Below are positions 26,293 to 38,627 of a stretch of 64,000 bases of DNA, piece by piece; the stretch's first letter is position 1, and every line of letters begins with the position of its first letter. A model generated the notes under the pieces. That model saw nothing but the letters and a program-made list of their open reading frames with translations, had not been told where the DNA came from and searched no databases. This DNA is from Octopus sinensis (taxonomy: Eukaryota). The translations under genes and the position numbers were made by a program. The DNA is taken from NCBI RefSeq assembly GCF_006345805.1, contig NC_043007.1, positions 50,220,001-50,284,000 on the forward strand, in the 5' to 3' direction.

Positions 26293-26940
26293 AATGAAGT
26301 TCTGATGCTATTGTTTCTATACACCAAATAATGCGTTGAGGTTTATAGAATAAAAGATAAGAAGTTGAAAATTTTGTTACGATTGTTATGTAAAATAATA
26401 ATATTTTATGTCAACTCGGAGCCAGTCTTCATATGCCTACAAATTTTACATACACCATGCTCAAAAGGAACTCTTCCGAAAAGATGGTTTCATTTAAAGT
26501 CAGTACAATATTACTAATTTCTTCTGCCTGCCTATGATTTGAGTTCAAATCCCGCTGGAGTCAACTTTGTCTTTCATCCTTTTGAGATAGATAAAGATAT
26601 TCCAAACTAGAGCAATGAATTGGCGGAACTGTTAAAGAGGTCGGGAAAGATGCCTTGGCCTCTGTTCCAGCCTTTTATATTCTTTAAGCAAGCCTAAAAG
26701 AGCACTGGTAACAGTAAGGGCCCAAGTCAGTGAGGTGCAGAGGACAAATGCCGGTCTTTCATTAAAATCTTGCACCGATCTGCGCATACATACGCTGATG
26801 CCTGGTCTGTTTTGACCAGTGGAGTTTCTACACTTTATCGATATTGCATATCTGTATTACCTACGTCTGGAAAAAATTTCAACTTTTCTGAATAACCATG
26901 AAGTTTACCGTTTATGGAAACGTTTCATCTTTTAAAACAG

Positions 26941-27009
26941 TTACTATTCACATGGCGATTGCTGATGTCACGACAGTGTTAAGGAGACAAGTGATCCAAT
27001 TATATAAGA
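26941..27009 (+). CDS. Candidate isolated 69-nt exon, (V)TIHMAIADVTTVLRRQVIQLYK, LYR-motif-like
   Basis: Acceptor CATCTTTTAAAACAG, donor AGA|GTGAGT, open frame with ATGGCG at 26952; no partner exon found. Confidence 0.3.
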
Positions 27010-27194
27010 GTGAGTTGCCAATATTTAATATTTATTACACAGAGCTAACCTTTGTTGTGGTAAATAGTAACCCTCCATTAGTACAAATATACATTACACA
27101 ATTGCTTAAACACAATCGGATATTAATGATGATGTGAAGTATAATAAAGAGTAACAGTTTTAGAGTACACCAAAATGCTAATAATATATAGGCT

Positions 27195-28552
27195 AGGGCG
27201 GTTAGCTGGCAGAATCGGTAGCACACCGGCCAAAATGCTTAGCGGAATTTCGCCCACCTTTACGTACTGGGTTTAAATTCCACCGAGGTCTACTTTTCCT
27301 GTTATCCAGTGTTCAGCTGTTATTTATTTTATTGGCTACAAAATGATGCAAGGCAAAGTCGACTTTGGCAAAATTTAAACTCACAACGTACAGACGGACG
27401 AAATTCCGCTACACATTTTGCCCGGCGTCCTATCGATTCTGCCAGCTCGCCGCCTTATTTGTTATAAATATTTTTTTTACACTAGGCACAAGGCCAGAAA
27501 TTTTGGGGAGGGGGTCAGTCGATTAGACCGACTCCAGTACGCAACTGGTACTTAATTTATCGACCCCGGAAGGATGTAAGGCGAAGTCGACCTCGGCAGA
27601 ATTTGAACTCGTAACTTAACGGTAGACGAAATACTGCTGAGCATTTCGCCCGACATGTAATGTTTCTGCCAAACGAAATACCTATTTCTTTACTACCCAC
27701 AAGGGGCTAAATACCGAGAGGAGAAACAAGGACGGGCAAACGGATTAAGTCGATTATATCGACCCCAGTGCGTAACTGGTACTTAATTTATCGACCCCGA
27801 AAGGATGAAAGGCAAAGTTGACCTAGGCGGAATTTGAACTCAGAATGTAGCAGCAGACAAAATACCTATTTCTTTACTACCTACAAGGGGCTAAACATAG
27901 AGGGGACAAACAAGGACAGACAAACGGATTAAGTCGATTATATCGACCTCAGTGCGTCACTGGTACTTATTTAATCGACCCCGGAAGGATGAAAGGCAAA
28001 GTCGACCTCAGCGGAATTTGAACTCAGAACTTAGCGGTAGACGAAATACTGCTGAGCATTTCGCCCAACTTGTACTGTTTCTGCCAGCTCACTGCCTTTT
28101 GTAACAAATTTATTACCAAACAATCTGTAGGACTCTTTGTGTTAAATGATAAATCCTCCCTTTCTTCTATTACCTTTATATTGCAGGTCGCGTTCCACAA
28201 TAATCTGGCCGCTATTTACCGACGTCCAAGTCAATGAAAGCAATGTACGATAAAATGTTCAGCTCAGAAGAAATCCATTGTAACGGCTTTAAGTAACGTT
28301 TTCGAACTCACAAAAAGATTTTTCAGCACTTTTAACTTCCATACATCGGTGGCTACCACAAAATGATTCTTGTATGTATTGTAATATAAGAGCTGTCAAA
28401 TATATTAAGAATTTTTACGCGGTCAAATATTGTCTAACATAAAAATTCAGTACGTTGGGTAGAAAGGATAGTTATGTTTATTATAACAAAAATGGACAAT
28501 CTACTTATCTGTGTGTGTGTGTTGTGTGTGTGTGTTGTGTGTGTGTGTGTGT

Positions 28553-28589
<37 letters not shown>

Positions 28590-28596
28590 TGTGTGT

Positions 28597-28642
<46 letters not shown>

Positions 28643-29641
28643 GCATTATATTGCTTTCAAGTTTTTGAAAAAAAGGCCAGCAATTTCGGTGGAGGGAGTT
28701 AGAAAAAAATTACATCGACCTCTGCTCTATTGGTAGTTATTTTATCGGCGGAATTTGAACTCAACGTAAAGACGGACAAAATGTCGCTAAACATTTTCCC
28801 CGGCGTGCTAATGATTCTTATTTCTTTATTGCCCACAAGGGGCTAAATACCGAGAGGAGAAACAAGGACGGGCAAACGGATTAAGTCGATTATATCGACC
28901 CCAGTGCGTAACTGGTACTTAATTTATCGACCCCGAAAGGATGAAAGGCAAAGTTGACCTAGGCGGAATTTGAACTCAGAATGTAGCAGCAGACAAAATA
29001 CCTATTTCTTTACTACCTACAAGGGGCTAACATAGAGGGGACAAACAAGGACAGACAAACGGATTAAGTCGATTATATCGACCTCAGTGCGTCACTGGTA
29101 CTTATTTAATCGACCCCGGAAGGATGAAAGGCAAAGTCGACCTCAGCGGAATTTGAACTCAGAACTTAGCGGTAGACGAAATACTGCTGAGCATTTCGCC
29201 CAACTTGTACTGTTTCTGCCAGCTCACTGCCTTTTGTAACAAATTTATTACCAAACAATCTGTAGGACTCTTTGTGTTAAATGATAAATCCTCCCTTTCT
29301 TCTATTACCTTATATTGCAGGTCGCGTTCCACAATAATCTGGCCGCTATTTACCGACGTCCAAGTCAATGAAAGCAATGTACGATAAAATGTTCAGCTCA
29401 GAAGAAATCCATTGTAACGGCTTTAAGTAACGTTTTCGAACTCACAAAAAGATTTTTCAGCACTTTTAACTTCCATACATCGGTGGCTACCACAAAATGA
29501 TTCTTGTATGTATTGTAATATAAGAGCTGTCAAATATATTAAGAATTTTTACGCGGTCAAATATTGTCTAACATAAAAATTCAGTACGTTGGGTAGAAAG
29601 GATAGTTATGTTTATTATAACAAAAATGGACAATCTACTTA

Positions 29642-29721
<80 letters not shown>

Positions 29722-29728
29722 TGTGTGT

Positions 29729-29774
<46 letters not shown>

Positions 29775-30400
29775 GCATTATATTGCTTTCAAGTTTTTGA
29801 AAAAAAGGCCAGCAATTTCGGTGGAGGGAGTTAGAAAAAAATTACATCGACCTCTGCTCTATTGGTAGTTATTTTATCGGCGGAATTTGAACTCAACGTA
29901 AAGACGGACAAAATGTCGCTAAACATTTTCCCCGGCGTGCTAATGATTCTTATTTCTTTATTGCCCACAAGGGGCTAAACATAGAGGGGACAAACAAGGA
30001 CAGAAAAACAGATTAAGTCGATTATATCGATCCCAGTGCGTAACTGGTACTTATTTAATCGACCCCAAAAGGATGAAAGGCAAAGTCGACCTCGATGGAA
30101 TTTGAACTCAGAATGTAACGGCAGACGAAATGCGGCTATGCATTTCGCCCGGCGTGCTAACGTTTCTGCCAGCTCGCCGCCTTCGGGTGTGGACATTATA
30201 CTAAAGTCAGAAAGGCGGCGAGTTGGCAGAATTGTTAGATCGTCGAAGTGTGTTGCAATATTTGTTCTGACTCTTCTCTTTCAGAGTTCAAATTCCGCTG
30301 ATGTTAGCGTTGCTATTCCTCACTTCGGCGTTCCAGTCAGGTATTGCGGTGAATGATATCGATTATCTTTATCTTTAGAATTACGGGCCTTGTGTCTGAT
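27195..30400. mobile_element. Dense cluster of about 10 SINE family A copies or fragments, mostly minus strand
   Basis: Repeated CGACCCC.AAAGGATGAAAGGCAAAGTCGACCTC.GCGGAATTTGAACTC blocks at about 27560, 27790, 27975, 28930, 29110 and 30060; plus-strand heads at about 27197 and 30214. Confidence 0.85.
27696..29963. repeat. Tandem duplication, unit about 1.13 kb (27696-28831; 28832-29963)
   Basis: Unique sequence and SINEs near identical; differences mainly in the (TG)n tract; breakpoints inside SINE tails. Confidence 0.9.
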
Positions 30401-31977
30401 TCAAACTCCATTATTACCAAAGATAGAAAACGAGGTTATAAGTTTCATACTTAGTGCAATTACATCAAATAGGAATTGAAATCGCATCATCTGTACGATT
30501 CTCCGAAAGCTTGCCTTATTTTTCTGTTTCCCGTGGAATTACTGAAGTGTTGCGATTTGGTTACTATTTCTAGCAGATCGAATGTTAACAGAGAACGTTT
30601 GCGATAAACGTCAAGTAATGTAATTCCAACAGGGAATTGAAACAGCATGGTGGTTTTACCGACATTGTACTGGCTCGGGCTTTAAATTTGTCGCGCGCAC
30701 GTCTGTGTGTATTTTTATATGTGGTGCGGGTTAACTGTCATATATGTGTGTATGTGTTTATATGTGTGCACATATAATTCCCTATGTGTATGTGTTACGT
30801 ACACTAAATAATCGCTGTGTGTTTTGTACACAGTCAATGTTGGTTGGACGTGTGTTTTATACGTTTGCGAGTGTTGTGTATATATTTGTTTTTCACGTGT
30901 TAAGTGCCGTGTGACTGTGTGTATAGATGTGTGCCTCGGTGCTTGTATACTTTGATATATGAATGCGAAACTGCGTGCGTATATATGCGTTTGTTTGTGC
31001 GTGTGTGTATTTATATATGCCTATGTGATCGTACGCTTGTTTGAGCCTCTGTGATTCTGTATGCTCACAAGCAATTGTGTGTAGATGTTTATATATGACC
31101 GCTAATTGTGTATATGCTTATATATACCTTTGTGAATGTGTTCATTTATGCCTACAAGGCTGTTTATGTATGCCTCTATGCATTCATATATGCTGTATGG
31201 CTATTTGTATATGTTCGTGCTTATTTGAGACTGCAACTGTGTGTGTGTGTGTGTGTGTGCGCGCGCGCGCAAGCAAATATAGGTTAGTTTAAGTTTGTTT
31301 TCTTTCTCTCCATTGATTGTTGAGTGAATGACTATTCAGGGTTTGGTAGAGCATCAAACATAATGTTTTGTGGTATTTAGTTACGGCACTATATATTCTG
31401 AGTTCAAATCCTGCCTACTTTGCTTTGCCTTTCATCGCTCCGGAGTCAAGTACTGGAGTCGATTGCGTAGAGAAATCCTCTTCCCTTCTAAATTGTTGGC
31501 CTATCTGAATTAGATTCCACTATATTGTAATGGTATCTATGTCTTTTCTCTTGAGGAAATATAAAGCAATCGCTTTTTTCATGAAGCAGAACTGATAGAG
31601 TGCAAAATTGAACGAGTACAAAACTGGTAGAAACAGAATTGGGAGAGTTACAGAATTGATAATGTACACATAACATACTACCGTCTTAAAGGAACATTTA
31701 GCGCTACAAAGCCCCAAAACGTTCTGTCATTGGTTTAATGTATGCAATCCTAATTCTGCTCAAAGAGTGCTGACCAGTAGTAAAACATCAACAACAATAA
31801 ACAACGTAGAACATATACCAACTTTTGAACAAAACGCGTCAAACTAGGGTGAGGCCAAGTGCTGGATCAAAAGAGAGGTCGAGCAAACACTGCAGTATTT
31901 CATAAAAAGAATGGTTAAAACTAATGTATGTCTGAGAGATAAAGGCACTAATATTTACATCAATATTTCCATCAGTT

Positions 31978-32185
31978 AAGGCGGTGAGTTCGCAAAATCG
32001 ATAGCGTGCTGGGCAAAATGCTTAGCAGCCTTTCTTCCATATTTACGTTCTGTGTTCAGATTCCACCGGGGTCAACTTTGCTTTTCATCCAATCGAGGTC
32101 GATAAAATGAGTACCAGTTGAACACTGAGATCGATTTAGTCGATCCAGCTCCTCCCACGAACCTTGTGCTGAAATTTAAAACCAA
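31978..32185 (+). mobile_element. SINE family A, diverged
   Basis: GGCGGTGAGTTCGCAAAATCG head, family A body and tail. Confidence 0.75.
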
Positions 32186-33227
32186 TATTTCCATTACTTC
32201 ATGAAAATAATATCAGACTTGGAATTGGTTTTAAATCAGAGACTAAAATGACAGACACTAGGATTCTAGCCTGAATACATTTTGGTTAATGTTATTTCGC
32301 TGTCATAGGGTGAGGATGAGTGATTATTGGGTGCTATACTCTTCGACAGGGCTTCTAAAATGGCCTGAGAATGTAATTTAGATTGTGTCTATTGATAATC
32401 CCACGAGGCCATATCGGAGACATACTTAAACGTGTTAGTGGAGTTCACTAGGTGTTGGTGTTGTTGCTGCTGCTGTTGCTGGATGTGAGAATGATGGGTT
32501 AATTGAATACCATAGATGTTACATCTGTGGTCCTATATAATCTAAATATATATATACATATATGCAAAAAGAAAGCACGAGAACAGAGCTGCAGCTACAA
32601 TAACAGCGAAATCCACAACAGAAACAAGTGACTGCTTTGAAAACTACTACAATAGTAATAGCAACACAAAACATAAGAACCTGAAAATATTACAAGAAAT
32701 TTAGGGGCCTAAAAATAATACAACTATTAGAACATAAACAGGACACTTTAAATCATGGGTGTTCTCAACGTGGTAATTTCTGAATGGTCGCTAGGAATAA
32801 AAAAAAATCTCAAGTCACACCCTAGAAACTCATAAAAGGAAGGACACATTTGATAATATAGTCCTTACTGTACAAAAAGATAAGAGGGTGGCGTTTTGAA
32901 CAGTGTCAATCACAGTTAAAACCAAGAATTGTTAAGCAACATTAACTAAGGGTAATGTTATGATGTGAGGTTTGTCGACCATAGCAAAAATAGCAGTCCG
33001 AACTGCAACGTTTCGCATCCTGTCTTCTTCAAAACCAAAGGATATAGTACCTGATACACACTAAGGGCGATTGAAAGCTTTCTTAGGTATCACCAAGGTA
33101 ACATTACCCAACTAAATTTCTTTCATATCAGACATTTTTCCGTATTAAAAATAAGACCAGCATATGTTAAAGCCAATGCTGATGGCAAATATGCCATCTT
33201 TAATATAACGTGTATGCATTTGTGTGT

Positions 33228-33268
<41 letters not shown>

Positions 33269-33275
33269 CATATAT

Positions 33276-33344
<69 letters not shown>

Positions 33345-33649
33345 CCAAGGCAATAACAACGACCTCTCAACGATTATCCAGAGATGATTTTTAAAATGAG
33401 AATATCTGCTCTCACAAACGAGAATACTAAAAACGAACCCGACCGCCCTCAAATATTAAGTAAACAACAGGAATAATAATCCAGAATCCTTGTTCAGTAC
33501 CAGGTCGATCCCAAAATATAATCATTTCGTGCACTTCACGAGGCCAAACGGCCCTGAAAGTTTCATCCGAATCCATCGAGCGGTACGACTGAAACATTCC
33601 CCCGCCTTAGCGAAGGTGGAGGTAATAAAACGAAGATAATCTTCAACCA

Positions 33650-33770
33650 TCGAATCACAGTTGGAAATGTAGTAGATGATGAAATATTTGGACATGTAAA
33701 CCAATATAACTATCTTGGACAGATAGTATGCTTAAAGAATAAAAATCAGACCAAAGAAATTGGACGAATA
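33650..33770 (+). pseudogene. Short RTE-clade RT fragment
   Basis: ITVGNVVDDEIFGHVNQYNYLGQIVCLKNKNQTKEIGRI (cf. RTE YxYLGQ...EIxRRI). Confidence 0.5.
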
Positions 33771-34018
33771 CGATCGTAAGGTCGTGACCTCGATTTCCGG
33801 GTACACTTTATTTCATGTTGCTCCAGTGCACCCAGCTTGTAAAAACGAGTTGCACCTATAATTCAAATTTTGTCTCCCTGCGAACTACGTTAAAGGTACA
33901 CGTGTCTGTAGAGTGGTCAGCCATTTGCAAGTTAATTTTACGAGCAGGCTGTTCTGTTCTTCAGATCAACTGGAATCTTCGTCGTTGTAAACGACTGTCT
34001 AATAGTTAGTTATATACA

Positions 34019-34049
<31 letters not shown>

Positions 34050-34128
34050 TTATGTATGTGCAAATATAGGCGTGTATATATATAAATTTATATATATGAA
34101 CATATGCACGCATATGTGTGACTACGTG

Positions 34129-34179
<51 letters not shown>

Positions 34180-34904
34180 ACACACACACACACATACACA
34201 CATATGTATACAGATATACATATGTGCGTTTATGTATGTATACGTACTCGTGTGTGAATGCGTGTATGCGTTTGAATTGTTTCATTCAAGTTTTTCAAGG
34301 CTTTGCTGCCAGTCATCATTATGTTTATTTCTTTATTCCTCAATGAAAGAAGAGAGGACGTGGTGGAGGAGGAGGTAAGTATGTAATTGAGGAGAGACAC
34401 ACAGCGCGCAAGCGAGTGAGTGAGAGAGAGAAATATCACCACGGACATGAAGGGTTGAAGAAAGTGATTAAAAGAAAGGCCCGATAAAGAGGAGAATGCA
34501 TTTAGGAAACACAGTGAGTGAGAGAGAGCGGGAGAAAAGGCAGAGTCAGAGAAACAGAAAGTTTGCTTGAGAAAAAGAGGGGTAACAAAGAAGGAAGGAG
34601 ATGATAGTGGGAAGTAAGTGATATAATAAAAGTAAACAAGAGACGAATGTATTGTAGGTGTGCGAAAGAGAGGGAGAGGGAGAGGAAAGAATAAAAGAGA
34701 AAAGAAGTATATGGTGGTGGAGACGAAGACATAATGAGAGGGCACAATGGATAGAGTCGAGATTTCCGTTAGAGAGAAAGGAGAGAGAGTGGAAGGGAGA
34801 AATGGAGAACCAATATGTGGAAAAGAGTGAGGGAAAGAAAGATTAAGAGAAAAGATAAGGAGAGAGGGGGATTGAGAAATCGAGAAAAAGTGAGGTGTGA
34901 GAAA

Positions 34905-34950
<46 letters not shown>

Positions 34951-36865
34951 TCTCACACTTCTTTTCTCGCTTTTTAGAAAGAGACTCAGACACACACATG
35001 CACACAGAAAGACAGACAAATAGATAGATAGGTACAGAGAGAGAGAGAGATAAAGTGGTGCAAGAAAAAGTATGAGTGTGACAAAAAAGAAGAAAAAGAG
35101 ATGAGGATGACTAAAACGGTGAAAGACAGATGTGAATATAGGGTATCAGAGAGAAGACTATAATAGAGTGATAGGACGAGAAGGAAAATAATATGGAGAG
35201 AAACAAAGAGGTAAATAGTTAGAGAGAGGGAGAGAAAGATGGGGGAAGAGAGAGACAGAAAGGGAGAGAGTGTGTTGTTGTTTGTGTGTTACACGCTGTG
35301 CCTTCTTAATCACTGACATTTTGATAGAAAAGGTGACCGGGAGGGGAACAGTCATAGAAGAATGGGTAGTAGTGAGAGTGGTCGGGGTGATAATTTCATG
35401 CTTGTTGTTGCAAATCGGTTAACAATAGAGTAAAGAGCTGGATTATTTTGAGTGGCTACAATGAACTCCTTCAAAATCCACGCTTCTTAGTTGAAGATAA
35501 TGACGCCAACCTCTTCCTCCACAACCACCACATAGCTCTCGTGGTCGGTGTTGGCCGCAGTGGGAAGTAGAAAGCCGTTGTAATGCCACTGTTTAGGCCG
35601 TATTTTTTTTTTATGGTTATTGTGATAACTAAAGTGTTTTATTGTACAACGTCATGGCGGCCTAGGATGATGCAGTCGACGATAGCGACTGTTTTATTGT
35701 ATTATTATTATTATTATTATTATACTGTGAAAAGTAAAAGGGGGTGCAGACAACTTCCAGAAACATAGGGCAAAAATCACAGCAGAGTGTGATTCTAATG
35801 TTGCTGGGTCTATCCTTTGGACATTAAATAAATAAATGAATAAAGATAGCAGCTGTTGTCGAGGATTTCATGATGTGAAATTTGTAAGCTTTCTCGTTGT
35901 TTGGTGATATGCTAGTTCATAAAAACTGTATTAGAGAATTAAACAAATATAAATAAAGTACTTCATCTGTCTTTACAGCATTGTGATCTTGTGAAAAAGG
36001 CAACCGTCATCTTTTCTTCTGGTTTCTGTGTGTTTGTATGCAGAGGACAAGGGTAAGGAAACACTGTGTTGTACATTTGTTAAAGGATCTATCAGAATGA
36101 GCAGCGCAGTACATTAACAATATAACTTAGCATTTCAGTTTAATGTTAATGAATACTGAATGCTATCGCTCTCGGACTTACAAATAAATACGCTGTGAGA
36201 AAAGCAACACTATTAGTCAATGAATGATATTCTTTTAATTTTCTTCAGTAAATGAAGAAGACAACTTCAGATATCTTTCGATCTTATGATAACATCGTCA
36301 GTGAGTCCCAGATCTCACCGTATTTTACAAAATAGTAATTTTTAAAGAATCTCATTATGGTAAAAAATAATAATAATAATAATAATAATAAGTGACGAAA
36401 AATAACTTGCTTCAAACAATATTGGCGATAAGTATCATAACATATATTATAGAGAAAGTGGATCTCTTCTCAAGCTTGCCGAAAGAAACCAGGTAATACT
36501 ATGCAATACCGTGCAGTATATTGTACCATGTATAGAGTAGACATCGGTTTTGAAGTTGGTTAATTTGCACACACTGTGTTATAAATAGTATTGTTCTTTA
36601 CCTATCAAAATAGATTGTTAAAGATTAAACATACTCTGCTTTAGAATTGTCTTTACCTGTAGAAAAAAGTCATGTTTTTATTTTTCATCATTAATTTTCA
36701 TCCTATAAACATTATACCAGGTAGAGTACGATATATTTTAAGAATTTTAAGTGGATTAATAATATCAAGCAGACCCTGCTTTTGAAGTGTATTAGTTTGA
36801 AATTGCTAAATACAATTTAGCTCTGCACTTTTCATAGATCAGTTTATATTTTTTAAAAATGTATA

Positions 36866-37335
36866 GGCGCAGGCGTGACTGTGTGTTAAGAAGCTTACTT
36901 TCCAACCACATGCGTCTGGGTTCGGTTCTACTTGTGAGTGGATTTGGTAGATGGTAACTGAAAGAAGTCTTCTCAAGAAGTCCATGAGTGGATGTGTGGT
37001 AAGTAGCTTGCTTACCAACCACATGGTTCTGGGTTCAGTCCCACTGCGTGGCACCTTGGACAAATATCTTCTACTATAGCCTCGGGCCGACTATATATAT
37101 ATATATATATATATACATACACATATATGTATGTGTGTGTATATGTTTGTGTCTTTGTTCCCCCAGCATCGCTTGACAACCGATGCTGGAGTGTTTACGT
37201 CCCTGTAACTTAGCGGTTCGGCAAAAGAGTCCGATAGAATAAGTACTAGGTTTACAAAGAATAAGTCCGGGGGTCGACTTGCTCGACTAAAGGCAGTGCT
37301 CCAGCATGGCCGCAGTCAAATGACTGAAACAAGTT
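36866..37335 (+). mobile_element. CORE-type SINE family B, duplicated head plus full copy
   Basis: GGCGCAGGCGTGACTGTGTG head, GCACCTTGGACAAATATCTTCTACTATAGCC CORE-like block, internal microsatellite, tail GGCAGTGCTCCAGCATGGCCGCAGTCAAATGACTGAAAC. Confidence 0.85.
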
Positions 37336-37847
37336 CATCAGTCATAGTGTTCATCAGTCTAGTGTTCAATTATCATTACAGTTTCGGCCTGTTACACTTA
37401 AGACTCTGTTACACTTAAGCATATAAATTTTGGAAAACAACAAGCAAACGTGTACGACAACACTGACAGAAAAACGAGAAGACGGAGAAAATGTTACACG
37501 ATTGCAATACAAACAGCACGAGAATAACAACAGGTGTCTTTTGACTAATAAGGACAAGTCAAATTGAGCTGGCGTGTGGAGTGAAAACCTTGCGAAAAAC
37601 ATAGGAGTCAGGAGATAGGAAAATAAGGTGCTGTACGGGTGGCGGCCAGGCCAAGAAAGATCTTGCTTGGCTGAACACCGGTCACGTGGAAGGAACAGAA
37701 AGAGGTAAGGGGCAGGAGGATTGAAGAATTAGGAAAGGAACTAGAGAGCGAGAGAGAGGGAAAGAGACTGAGAGAGAGAGGGGGACAGGTATAAAGGAGA
37801 TAACGAAGGATGGTAGAGAGATTAAAGAAAATGTTTGCCAAGAAATG

Positions 37848-37885
<38 letters not shown>

Positions 37886-37899
37886 GTATATGTATATGT

Positions 37900-38135
37900 A
37901 TACATATATTTATGCGTGTGTGTCTTTGTGTCCGCGTTTGTATGTGTCCCCACCATCACTTGACAACCGATTTTGGTGTGTCTATGTCCCCGTAAATTAC
38001 CGGTTCACCAAAAGCGACCGATAGAATAAGTACTAAGCTTACAAAGAATGGGGCCGATTTGTTCGACTAAAACCCTTTAATGCGGTGCTCCAGTATAGCC
38101 ACAGTCAAATGATTGAAATATGTAAAAGCATAAAA
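37900..38135 (+). mobile_element. SINE family B, 3' half
   Basis: CTTGACAACCGA..GGTGTG...CGGTGCTCCAGTATAGCCACAGTCAAATGA. Confidence 0.75.
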
Positions 38136-38245
38136 GAATATATTTCGACAGTTTCCAGAAAACCGGAAAAATCTAGTAATCTAGGACACTTCCGATCCCA
38201 GACTTACCGGATAATTGGTCCGGTAGTGTGTAATGATTTATAACA

Positions 38246-38306
<61 letters not shown>

Positions 38307-38627
38307 CGTAAAGAGAGGAGGACAGTAACTCTACAGCGAAATTTCAGGAAAAACGTGAAACAGGTCCATCTTTTCCCTTTCCGGTGTGATTCTTACACCT
38401 TCTCTTCGACTTACGACCGAATTCCGTTCCGACTGACAGGATTTATGTTTTTCACCACTATTTTTATTCAAACGCAACTGATACTTGAAAATGACTGAGA
38501 GATAATGGCAGACAGTGGATGCCTGGATCTGAGGAGGCCTGCTTTGCCAGATGCTGCCATAGTTATCAATCGCGCTGCTGCCCAGCGTCCGAAAATCGAC
38601 TCTGCTTTATTTATTCATTGGTCTTTT

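Noticed and set aside
28226-28350. Strong acceptor followed by VAFHNNLAAIYRR, a TPR-like peptide (also in the duplicate at about 29361)
   Set aside because: In-frame TGA follows before any donor, and the other frames also stop
27470-30200. Regularly repeated CGACCCC.AAAGGATGAAAGGCAAAG blocks that look like a CRISPR array
   Set aside because: They are internal parts of stacked SINE copies; no unique spacers and no cas genes, in a eukaryotic context
31500-31600. FLLRKYKAI as the C-terminal exon of an LYRM5-like gene
   Set aside because: No suitable acceptor, and the upstream residues do not match the family
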